Program-made: the position numbers and the translations under genes
Shown: positions 10,417 to 19,150 of the stretch, in pieces
Position numbering within the stretch: the stretch's first letter is position 1
Layout of the letters: each line of letters begins with the position of its first letter
Notes under the pieces: generated by a model
What the model saw: the letters and a program-made list of their open reading frames with translations, nothing else
What the model was told of the DNA's origin: nothing
Databases searched by the model: none
From: Andalucia godoyi And28
Lineage: Eukaryota > Protista > Jakobida
Assembly: GCA_009859145.1 (NCBI GenBank)
Contig: VRVR01000028.1
Location: 222,438-286,437, forward strand
Direction: 5' to 3'
DNA: 64,000 bases

Positions 10417-10631
10417 TCTCGCGCCTTCTCGGCCTCACCTCACCTTACTCACTCGCCTCACTCACTCGCTCGCTCTGTTATTCAAAGCGAAAACAAGACC
10501 AAAGCACCCTAGCCCATTCATAACCTGTTCTACCCAATGTTTCCCATTCCACAAGGCATACAACAGACCAATCTCGAAATTCAAAAAACAGAACAAATAA
10601 AATAAAATACAAAGAAGAGGTAACAAGGCCG

Positions 10632-11186
10632 CTGGATAATAACACGTCATTGTCATGCATGCGGATGGAAGTATGCATAAACAGACACGGTCGACATTGG
10701 CCGACACTAGCACGTTTTGTTTCACAGGGAATTCGTGCTTATGCACGCTCGGCCAAAATTCAGCCGGTGACACAGGCTCTGCATTTTCGACACTCTTTAA
10801 CGCAGCATCCGTAGCCATCTATCATTCTATCATTCGTTGGTTCTGCTTTATTTATTCAAATATGGGCGTGAGTGCGCTGGGATGACGCATTCGCCTACGC
10901 CGCTCGATGCCAGGGCCTCCTAGGTCCCGCAGACCTCCTAAGAGACCCACATGTCACTACGCCTGCTGCTAGGGCCGTCAGCATCAAAATGCACCCTTCT
11001 CAGGAACAACGTGTCACGCTGAGAAAGTGGCTCGCAGATTGATCGAGATTGGGAACGGAGCGCGGAGCATTTATCTGAAGAGCGCCGTGAGGCGTGTTGG
11101 AGCCTATCCCGTTCGCGGCAACGGGATGCAAGATTGAATATGCATGTCTATTCGTAGATATGCATGCTCAGTGTATAATGTAGGCG
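10632..11186 (+). mobile_element. Dispersed structured repeat family 1, copy 1 (longest; putative non-autonomous element)
   Basis: The left end (GATAATAACACGTCATTGTCATGCAT...) and the right roughly 150 bp (...AGATTGATCGAGA...GTATAATGTAGGCG) recur at 29734-30195 and 51991-52439. No credible ORF; many hairpins. The repeat is certain; mobility is inferred. Confidence 0.65.
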
Positions 11187-11514
11187 CAATCGCAAGTTTA
11201 AAACCAAAAACCAAACCAAAAACCAAGAAACAGGTGTTTAATTAAAAACGATTGTAAATATACTCTTGAACCTATGAGGATATCAGACTTGAAGCCATCT
11301 GACGACAAACCAAGCAAGACGAATGCCGCACAAGCCCGAACGTCGTGTCTCGGATTTTTCATTCCTTTTCTCCAGTTTCCCAATTGGACATTCGTTCATT
11401 TCGTTATTTTTCTTTTTCTATCTTTAGTTGTCATTTTCTTTTCGCTTACCTTCATTTCCCGGGATTTTCTGTGTTTTAGACTTTTTTCTACGGTTTTTTT
11501 TGGCAGTCATCGTC

Positions 11515-11578
11515 GAGTGAGAGAGCTTGTGAGAGCTTGTGAGAGCTAGTGTGAGTGTGAGTGTGAGTGTGAGTGTGA

Positions 11579-11620
<42 letters not shown>
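11515..11620 (+). repeat. Compound (GAGTGT)n/(GT)n/(GA)n microsatellite directly upstream of an ATG
   Basis: Read directly from the sequence. Confidence 0.9.
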
Positions 11621-11621
<1 letters not shown>

Positions 11622-11623
<2 letters not shown>

Positions 11624-12347
11624 GACGGATGCTGATCTTCTTGATTTCCGGGCCAAGGTGTTTCCTGCTCTTGCATTTCTGAATGTCTTGTGTGGGCTGG
11701 GCGCAGCAGTGTTTTTCGCAATGCGTACCCGCCAATCGTATGCAGTGATGCCGGGAGTGTTCACGGATGCTAGGACGGTGTCACTGTTGATTCTCAGCAT
11801 TTTATCGCTGTTCTTTTCCTTTATCGGCATCTTCTCTGCAGTCATGATCCTCTCGTTGCTTGTGTCCATGGTCTCTGTGCTTGGAGTGCACGTGGCTCTT
11901 GCACCCCGCAAGCCGCATGCATACCTGGTCTTTGGACTTTCGCTGCTTGCCGTCCTCTTGATCTCGGGCTACAGCCCCCTTCAAGCCCCGACCGCTGTGA
12001 ACCCGCTCTCCATCCAGAAGGGCGACTGCGAGAACTACTATGGAAACAAGGTGGACCAGGATAAGCGATGCGCGGATTCCCTGCTTTCCTATGTCCGCGT
12101 CGGCGGTACCTTTGTCCTCTTCTTTATGATCTACACTGCATACTGTGCATTCTCAGTCGCAACCTCTGCAGAGTACAGCATCCCCGTCGAGCTCGGGCTC
12201 TCGTCGCAGTGGGCAAGAGAGTCGATGAACACCGCAGTCGCTGCATGGGCTGGGGCACAGGCCGCTGCGCAACCGCACACGGTCACTGCCGTCTCAAGCA
12301 GCGCCCCTGCGCAGCAGTCGCAGAACGCGTATCAGGCCGTTCCGTAA
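11622..12347 (+). CDS. Hypothetical polytopic membrane protein (4-5 TM)
   Basis: Start at MTDADLL (ATG 11622). Several hydrophobic helices, a loop with two Cys (GDCENYY...KRCAD) and an Ala/Gln-rich tail. Confidence 0.75.
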
Positions 12348-12402
12348 CAACAGAAAATGGCGTAAAAAACATGATAAAAATAAGAAAGTGGGGGGGAGGC
12401 GG

Positions 12403-12787
12403 TCAGAGGAGCAAGAGTAGTCTGAATCGAGTTTTCCGTGGAGAACGAACGTTGCACACGGTTTTTCCACGGACCCTCCGCATTAAACTCACAGCTATGG
12501 GCGTCCCAGGGGCCGTTTCATCCCGGGTCTTCCTGTGACAGTCGACCCGGGTTCGTTTCTGGTTCCCCAGCACACTCTTGCGAGTGTCTCCCACCTAGAG
12601 AGTAAAGTAGCTGTTTTGCGTCCCGTCTCGTCGAGAACAGGACCGACGCCTCAGACCTTCCCAAGCGACGGGGTGGTAGCTTCACTTTTTATTTCCCCTT
12701 GGTTTTCGGGTACTCTGAATTGTTTCGTACGGTTTCGCCTGTGCGGAAGCTTTGCCCTTGACCAAATCAGCTGGTGCTTCTCCGCGC
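12403..12787 (-). ncRNA. RPR1: Nuclear RNase P RNA
   Basis: The minus strand carries CR-I CUUGGGAAGGUCUGAG (plus 12650-12662), CR-IV-like GUGAGUUUAAUG (12481-12492) and CR-V AUUCAGACUACUC (12415-12426). CR-I and CR-V pair to form P4 (GUCUGA/UCAGAC). The termini pair as P1 (CGGAGAAGCA/UGCUCCUCUG). Length is about 385 nt; ends are approximate. Confidence 0.9.
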
Positions 12788-12931
12788 TTTTTCAATACCT
12801 TTGGGCATCACCACTTTCCTCCTTGTGGTTGTCGTTTTCCCCTCCTTCTCTCTCGGTCTTTTTCTCTTTTTTTACAGCAGAAATGATTCTTTTAAGAAGG
12901 GGGGAGGAGAAATGTGGCGAGAAGTGCAGAT

Positions 12932-12965
12932 ACAACAACAACAACAACAACAACAATAATAATAA
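12932..12965 (+). repeat. (CAA)n/(TAA)n microsatellite
   Basis: Read directly from the sequence. Confidence 0.9.
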
Positions 12966-12984
12966 ATGATCAGTGCTTCGAGAG

Positions 12985-15900
12985 CTATTGTTGCTCGCTG
13001 GTCACGAGGCAGCTGTACAGATATTCGGAAGCATTGGAAACGGATTCCTTTTCAACAGCGCTTCTGGCATGCTGAAGAGTAATGGTTTCGGCTGGGGCTT
13101 CGCGGAGTTGCAACAGAACTCGGGTCCGCAGCTGCAGCCATTCCGCATCGCTCCGTCCCTCCATATCCTCTGCAACTCGCTTGGCAAACATTGCGACAAA
13201 ATCCTGGGAAAAGAGCACTTCGCGAGAAGAAAGGCGCTGCATAAAATCAACGAGCAGCAAAATCAGCGGATGCAAGTTCGGACGGTTCGCAAACAAGGAA
13301 AAGACGGTCATCATGTACGGAGAAACTATCCTCAGCCCAGCAAGCAGCCCTTCCGAAGACACAGAGAGCCGCAGTAGCAGCCACTTCAGTGCGCACAGCA
13401 GCAAGTGGGCACAATCCACATCCTCATTGTTCTTTGAAGCTGCCCCCGCAGAATCAAAGAGGCTTGCATAGGACACCAGCACGTCCACAATGGACTCCAG
13501 AGGGAATGGCTCCACTCGAGAATTGTTCATGTAGTTGACGGCATATGCAGACACAATCCACAAGAACGTCCGTATCGTCTGCATGTGCTTGCGAGGATCC
13601 AGCTTGCGCGACGGATCAACCGGAACGAGGAAATTTTTCGCAAGTTTGGCATTCTGTGGCATGGAGAGCTCTCGGAGAACGTGCGTTGCGGCGGCAATGC
13701 GCGCTTCTGGTTCGCGAGCATGGACCAGGTCAGAAACAGGATCTGGAAGAGCGGATGCTTCGAATCCAGAACGGGAAGGAACACCGGGGTGCCTCATTCC
13801 AAGATAATTGATCGCAGAAGGAAGATACAGCGCCGCAAAATCGGAAATGTACGTGCGATTGACCGTCGAGGCAGCCGATCCCGACGCAAGAGCATTTTCA
13901 ACAGCAATCACGTCGGCAGTAAGCAACCGAAAATATGATTCAACGACCCGAGGATGATGTCTCTCGTATTCTTTCAAAATCCTGTCAACACGCAGTGCCG
14001 TGGACTTTCCAAACTCCTTCCTCTCCGTTTCTCGTGCGCCTTTCAAGTACAGCCCCGCAATCAGCGCAAACAGCTCTCCATGGATACCTTCTGGATTCTT
14101 GACAAACGGCGCTAGCTTCGTCGACGGGAACGACGGATTAATTTCCGCAAGACTCTGGATGGTGTCGATTAGCAACCCTTCCATGATAGCCATGGAGTCG
14201 CCCACCAGCAACGAGATGTGAGCAGGAACGCGCAGGTTTTGGACAACCACAATGACACCGTCCTCCAGCGAGGACCAATCATACTCGCGTATCGCTTGCT
14301 TTTGATCCCCCTTTCTCGAATACGCAGTATCCACGTAGAATTGCACATTGTTGAGGATCTTCAAAACCTTGACATCGTCGAAATTCATTTGGAAAATGTT
14401 CCGGAAGACATCCTCCACAGGCTTGAAGGAAATGTCCTTGTTCTGCGTCAGATACTTGAACAAAAACGCCTTGAAGGCGGGGCGATTGTCGAAATCAAAG
14501 CTGAACAACAAGCAAAATATCCCGGATAGTGAATAAGTACGCAAAATGGTAGAAAACAAATTGGTGATGCACGATGTCAAGACCGGAGCCACAAGAGAGC
14601 CAGTCGTTGCCATTCGAAAGACGCGGACCACAGAAAGAAATTGTTCAAATAATGTTCCATAAACAACCGTGGAATACTGGGAAACAAGAGACTCGACCAA
14701 CGACGAGCACATGGCGACAACGTCCAAGTGAACAAAAGACCGATAAACATCGGGCGTCACGGCGTTGAGCAATCTCGTTAAAGCAGCAGTGAACAACGGG
14801 GAGACAATTCCTTCTTCAAGAGTCACCGTCGTCAGAATGTGCGAAACAGCAACAAGAAACGCTTTGTTCAGGATTGGAGAGTCCTGGAGGTGGGCAGGGG
14901 CATACTGCAGCAAAATAAATCGAATTTCATTTGGCAGGTTGGCCGGAGAGACGGCATCCAAAATTGCATCCAGGATCAATGTGGACGATGATCCATTCAT
15001 CACGGTATTGATGCGATCGATGATCGCTCCCTTATCATCAACACCAGCAATCTCCCCCGTTTCAGCGGAAGCTCCCCCCGATGCCGGAGCTCCAAAAGAT
15101 ATCATCGTCACAGCCAGCTGGATCCCGGAAAGAAGGGCTGCCTCAGACGCATCCTGGCGGGTGATAATCTCTCGGACAACATCAAGGCCAACGAAACCCT
15201 TGCTTCGAAATTCTCGATGGAACTGCAGCAAGGATCGGAAAATCGACGGAATGTCGCCATCCGCAAAAACACGATTCGTCAGCGCAATCGACAACCAGTG
15301 GAACAAGAAGTTCCATGAGCGGAGACTCATTCCTTCCAGCAATGCTCGAGTCTGGAAGCGAACGAACCGAGAAGCATCTGTTTGCTCTACAGACAAGATC
15401 TGGAGCACAATGAAGGACAATTTTGACAGGTGTTCATCAGAAAACACTCCATCTGTTTCGTTGCTCGAGCACACGACCGCTACAATCGCTTCTATCATAT
15501 TGACGGCCTGGAACGCAGCATCTGTCCGCTCCTTCTCGTTCGATGATGCGAACTGCTCCGAAACAGCAGTCAGCACATGCGCGGGTGACGCTGAAAGGCA
15601 CGCAATAGCAAGTCGGGCTGAAGAATCCATGTTTGCAGGAGGACGCCGAAACGACGTCCACAGCTGTCGAGTGATGTACGGCGTAACAAATCGAGCACAA
15701 TCGGCAGATCTGCGAATGATCTTGTCCAGTGTGCCATTTGCGATCGGAGAGAAAGACCGTGTGTTGCACAAATGAAGCAAGCGAATCAGCCAAAATTCAT
15801 TTCCTTGGATAGAAATGGGATGAGGCAAGCTCGCAGCAAGAGCATGTTGCGGGACCTGGAGAGGATCCAAATGATTGGCTGCAACCGACGCGGTGTTTTC

Positions 15901-17460
15901 AGCAGAGTCGGCAGTCTGAATTTGAAGACCAAGACCGACCTCAATGAGCAGGCACAATTTCCGAACAAACTCCAACTCCACAGGGGTGTCGCTCGCCAGC
16001 TTGCGATGAAGCCTGGAAAGTCTGTTGAGAAACTCGTCGGTCTGACTGCATATTGCCGGGTACAGCAAGTGGTTATCATGCAATTTCTCAAAACATGAGA
16101 AAAGATTCAACGTGTCTTCGAGAGACAATGCATCTTGCAGCAGTGACAATATGGCCTTGACTGGAATGAGAACACCAAGCTTGGAGAACAACACAAACCA
16201 CCGAACCGCTCTGACGGGATCCGTCTCGCAAACGGGTAGCACATGGATGTCCCATAACGTGGATTTCGCAAGGGAATGAAACCGCGAAACATTGCTGACA
16301 ATGGTGAGCAGGACGACGCGGCATTCCGAGTTGAGGTTAAGGATGTCAAACCAGTGAGGCAACACAAGATCCGCAGCTCTCCAGAAGGTCTTCATGCGAG
16401 AGAGTAGCTCTATTCGCGAGAGCTTCAGCAGCCAGTCGTCATCTCGAGCCAGTGTACTGTATTTCGGAATCGATGCAGGTAGCTGCGGAACGAGACATTG
16501 GCAAAATACCTTGAAGTGCTTTTCATATGCAGTCTTGAGCCACTCCATGAACAAGGGGTCTTGCGTCAACAGTCGCTCGTTGATGTTGCCAATGGCCAAA
16601 GCGAGAAACTCTGGAACGTACTCTGCTGGAGTGGATTCATTCAGCGGACACAGGATCTGAAGCATTTGCAGCCCAAGGACCTGGTCGTTTTCTGCATATT
16701 CGTACGCCAGTGATTCAACTTTGGAAACCGAGCCCTTCAGCAGCGATGCGATTGCAGCTCTCAGTGCGCTTGACTCGGAGTTTGTTGCATACGGCGTGGG
16801 GAGTTTGACGTTTGCATTCGGATCGGCAAAGTTCTGTTCAGGAGGAAAGAGAGCTCGAAGCATGCACGACGCTGAATACCTCGAGAGCGGATCCCCAAAC
16901 GCGATAATGGTCAGCAGGAATTGGCGCGCATCCACGCCCACTTGAATCGCGTGCGTGAAGAGGCCGTGGATGTCCTCCGAAACGGACTCGTCCCACCCAT
17001 ACAGCGACAATGCTGCAGAACACAGCAGATTAAGCAAGACAGGGACCTTGTCGAGTGTCTGATCCAACACGAGTACGCAAGTCCGCGCCAGTGGACTCGC
17101 GATTGGCCTGCTTGCATAATTCAGCAGGTATGGACAAATGAGCAGCAGGAACTGTTCGAGAGTTTGCATCGACTGAATCGTGAATATCTGTCGAAGAACG
17201 ACGACGAGCCGCTGGACCTGTGCGATAATCTCACCTTGCAGCTCTCGATCCAGATAAAACGTCATCAGACGCAGCAAGTCTCCTGGAACAATAACAGCTT
17301 CCGAAGGCCCAAACGACATAGCTTCTTCAAGGCACCCAATAAGGGAGCTCAGAGGAGTCACATGCTTGCCCAGACGAGCATCAGACTGCGCCTTTTGCAA
17401 CGCTGTCCAACATTTTTGATACTTTTTCGGAAACGCCTTTGGAACCGCAAACGCACTCAT
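12985..17460 (-). CDS. Large HEAT/ARM-like protein, UNC-79-like
   Basis: Start at MSAFAVPK (ATG 17460). Segments LLTIIAFG..ASCMLRALFP, LCPLNESTP, WLKTAYEKHFKVFCQCLVP, VLPHWFDIL and WFVLFSKLGVLIP occur in the same order as the segments I recall from animal UNC79. Not verified by search. Confidence 0.6.
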   Translation of the reverse strand: MSAFAVPKAFPKKYQKCWTALQKAQSDARLGKHVTPLSSLIGCLEEAMSFGPSEAVIVPGDLLRLMTFYLDRELQGEIIAQVQRLVVVLRQIFTIQSMQTLEQFLLLICPYLLNYASRPIASPLARTCVLVLDQTLDKVPVLLNLLCSAALSLYGWDESVSEDIHGLFTHAIQVGVDARQFLLTIIAFGDPLSRYSASCMLRALFPPEQNFADPNANVKLPTPYATNSESSALRAAIASLLKGSVSKVESLAYEYAENDQVLGLQMLQILCPLNESTPAEYVPEFLALAIGNINERLLTQDPLFMEWLKTAYEKHFKVFCQCLVPQLPASIPKYSTLARDDDWLLKLSRIELLSRMKTFWRAADLVLPHWFDILNLNSECRVVLLTIVSNVSRFHSLAKSTLWDIHVLPVCETDPVRAVRWFVLFSKLGVLIPVKAILSLLQDALSLEDTLNLFSCFEKLHDNHLLYPAICSQTDEFLNRLSRLHRKLASDTPVELEFVRKLCLLIEVGLGLQIQTADSAENTASVAANHLDPLQVPQHALAASLPHPISIQGNEFWLIRLLHLCNTRSFSPIANGTLDKIIRRSADCARFVTPYITRQLWTSFRRPPANMDSSARLAIACLSASPAHVLTAVSEQFASSNEKERTDAAFQAVNMIEAIVAVVCSSNETDGVFSDEHLSKLSFIVLQILSVEQTDASRFVRFQTRALLEGMSLRSWNFLFHWLSIALTNRVFADGDIPSIFRSLLQFHREFRSKGFVGLDVVREIITRQDASEAALLSGIQLAVTMISFGAPASGGASAETGEIAGVDDKGAIIDRINTVMNGSSSTLILDAILDAVSPANLPNEIRFILLQYAPAHLQDSPILNKAFLVAVSHILTTVTLEEGIVSPLFTAALTRLLNAVTPDVYRSFVHLDVVAMCSSLVESLVSQYSTVVYGTLFEQFLSVVRVFRMATTGSLVAPVLTSCITNLFSTILRTYSLSGIFCLLFSFDFDNRPAFKAFLFKYLTQNKDISFKPVEDVFRNIFQMNFDDVKVLKILNNVQFYVDTAYSRKGDQKQAIREYDWSSLEDGVIVVVQNLRVPAHISLLVGDSMAIMEGLLIDTIQSLAEINPSFPSTKLAPFVKNPEGIHGELFALIAGLYLKGARETERKEFGKSTALRVDRILKEYERHHPRVVESYFRLLTADVIAVENALASGSAASTVNRTYISDFAALYLPSAINYLGMRHPGVPSRSGFEASALPDPVSDLVHAREPEARIAAATHVLRELSMPQNAKLAKNFLVPVDPSRKLDPRKHMQTIRTFLWIVSAYAVNYMNNSRVEPFPLESIVDVLVSYASLFDSAGAASKNNEDVDCAHLLLCALKWLLLRLSVSSEGLLAGLRIVSPYMMTVFSLFANRPNLHPLILLLVDFMQRLSSREVLFSQDFVAMFAKRVAEDMEGRSDAEWLQLRTRVLLQLREAPAETITLQHARSAVEKESVSNASEYLYSCLVTSEQQ

Positions 17461-17524
17461 CTCCTTTCCTTTTCCCTCCTTCCCAACAAAAACAAAAAAA
17501 CAAAACTCAGCCACCCTGTTTTAT

Positions 17525-17568
<44 letters not shown>
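17525..17568 (+). repeat. (GTT)n microsatellite
   Basis: Read directly from the sequence. Confidence 0.9.
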
Positions 17569-17569
<1 letters not shown>

Positions 17570-17964
17570 TCGTCTTGACAAGAAGGTATACGTAAGAAGA
17601 AACTATATTGCAAGCAATAATGCAGCAGAATACCCAAGAGACAAGGAAACTCTCTGTTTTCCCCTCCGTTTTCTCTAACGACCTGGCATCAACAACAAGT
17701 ACTTGATGCTTCGGAATTCATAAATTTTTATGGAGACACATACTTTTTCGAAATGCAATTCTGCTCTGTTCATTGAAATTATGATTATGATTTGATTTTC
17801 GCAATGTTTGACGTGTTTTTCCGCAGCCTTTTCTATTTGAGGACGTCAAAACAAGGCGAGAGGAAGATTGTATTTTAAAAAAGAGGCAGTTGTCGTTTTA
17901 AAAGAGAGAGTGTACAGAACAGAGTCAAGAAAGGGGGGAGGGGAAAGAAAAGAGAGGAAGAAAA

Positions 17965-18726
17965 ATGTCGTCGGGAAACAAGCTGAACCAGCACAAATCG
18001 TGGAACATGGCTGGGGCCCCGATGCAGTCCAAGGTAGCGCGGGCCAAGGAAAAAGCAGAGGATGAAGCACGACGGATTTCAGAGCTTCGGAAACAGATTA
18101 AAGAAGAGCGAGACCATGAAAATCTACTCTTGATGCAAGGAAAAGCGCCTTCGGGTATTGCGTGGATGTATGATTCACAATATTCGAAAACGAACAGCAG
18201 TGCGCCGAATGACTCGCGTATGGCCACTACGTCAGCAGCAGTCGTAGGCGGGGGAAGCAGCGTAGGCGGGGATGGTGAATGGAAAGGCACGATTGCATCC
18301 GAGTTGAAGGGGTACCATGCAGCAGTGGAAAAGGAGACGCAGTCTGCAATGCTGAACGGGAAGATGGACGTGTCGGCGGCGCTGCATTTTCGAGAAGAGG
18401 AAAAGGACAAGAATGCGAAGAGGTTGGACGAAGTGAGCAAAATGAGAGATGATCCCATGCGAATGATGATGGATAAGGGCCGCATGCTGGACAACAAGAA
18501 GAAGCTGAGTGCTCGAGATGAAGAAAATCGGCGACTGAGGGAAGAGTACGAAAAGGAGAAAAGCGAGAAGTATAGAATTGACAATGGCAATGGCAGTGAC
18601 AGGTACGCAGCCTTTCGAGATTTCGGGCATGTGAGAGCTGATCGGGAGGGATATGCAAAGAGGCTGGACAACCGAGAGAATCGGAGAGATCAGCCTTATG
18701 AAAAACGGTATGATCGCAGACCATAA
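17965..18726 (+). CDS. CWC25: Pre-mRNA splicing factor CWC25
   Basis: LNQHKSW N-terminal motif, charged coiled coil, IAWMY, KMRDDPM and an RD/E-rich tail, all typical of Cwc25/Cir_N proteins. Confidence 0.8.
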   Translation: MSSGNKLNQHKSWNMAGAPMQSKVARAKEKAEDEARRISELRKQIKEERDHENLLLMQGKAPSGIAWMYDSQYSKTNSSAPNDSRMATTSAAVVGGGSSVGGDGEWKGTIASELKGYHAAVEKETQSAMLNGKMDVSAALHFREEEKDKNAKRLDEVSKMRDDPMRMMMDKGRMLDNKKKLSARDEENRRLREEYEKEKSEKYRIDNGNGSDRYAAFRDFGHVRADREGYAKRLDNRENRRDQPYEKRYDRRP

Positions 18727-19150
18727 TCATTCTTGTGTCTCTGTCATACGTCTTTGCATCGAACGAGATTTCCCCCTCCCCCCGTTCATTGTAGTCTGTG
18801 GCTCACCAGACGTAAAAAAAAATATAGCAAGCAAACGAATGGTGAGAGGCGAGCATGTCATGTCACACCGGGTGACTTTTGTACGGGAATGTTGAAACGG
18901 AAAAGGCAATCCTTGTCTTTTTATTACAGTTTTGTATTTTCTCGTTTCGCACTCGGTGAAGTCGACAGGAATTCTCTCAAACACGGAATCGTGTTTTGTT
19001 TTGACTAGTTGCTTTCTCAATCAAAGAAGAGCGTTCTTTTCTTCTTTGTTTTTGTTTTTGTTCGTTTTGTTTTAAAATTAATTCAAACGACAAGAGAAGA
19101 AGAGAGCGGAAGCAAAACAAGAAGGGAAGAAACAAAGTGGATTGCGGACG

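Noticed and set aside
10760-10810. Twister-ribozyme-like fragments (GCCGGTGACAC..., TTAACGCAGC) in module B
   Set aside because: The required P4 loop CAAGC and a correctly placed GAG/pseudoknot partner are missing; the pieces cannot be assembled into the fold.
10632-11025. TPP-riboswitch-like words CTGGATAAT and GCTGAGAAA in family 1
   Set aside because: They are in the wrong order, about 380 nt apart, and CTGGATAAT is not conserved in copies 2 and 3.
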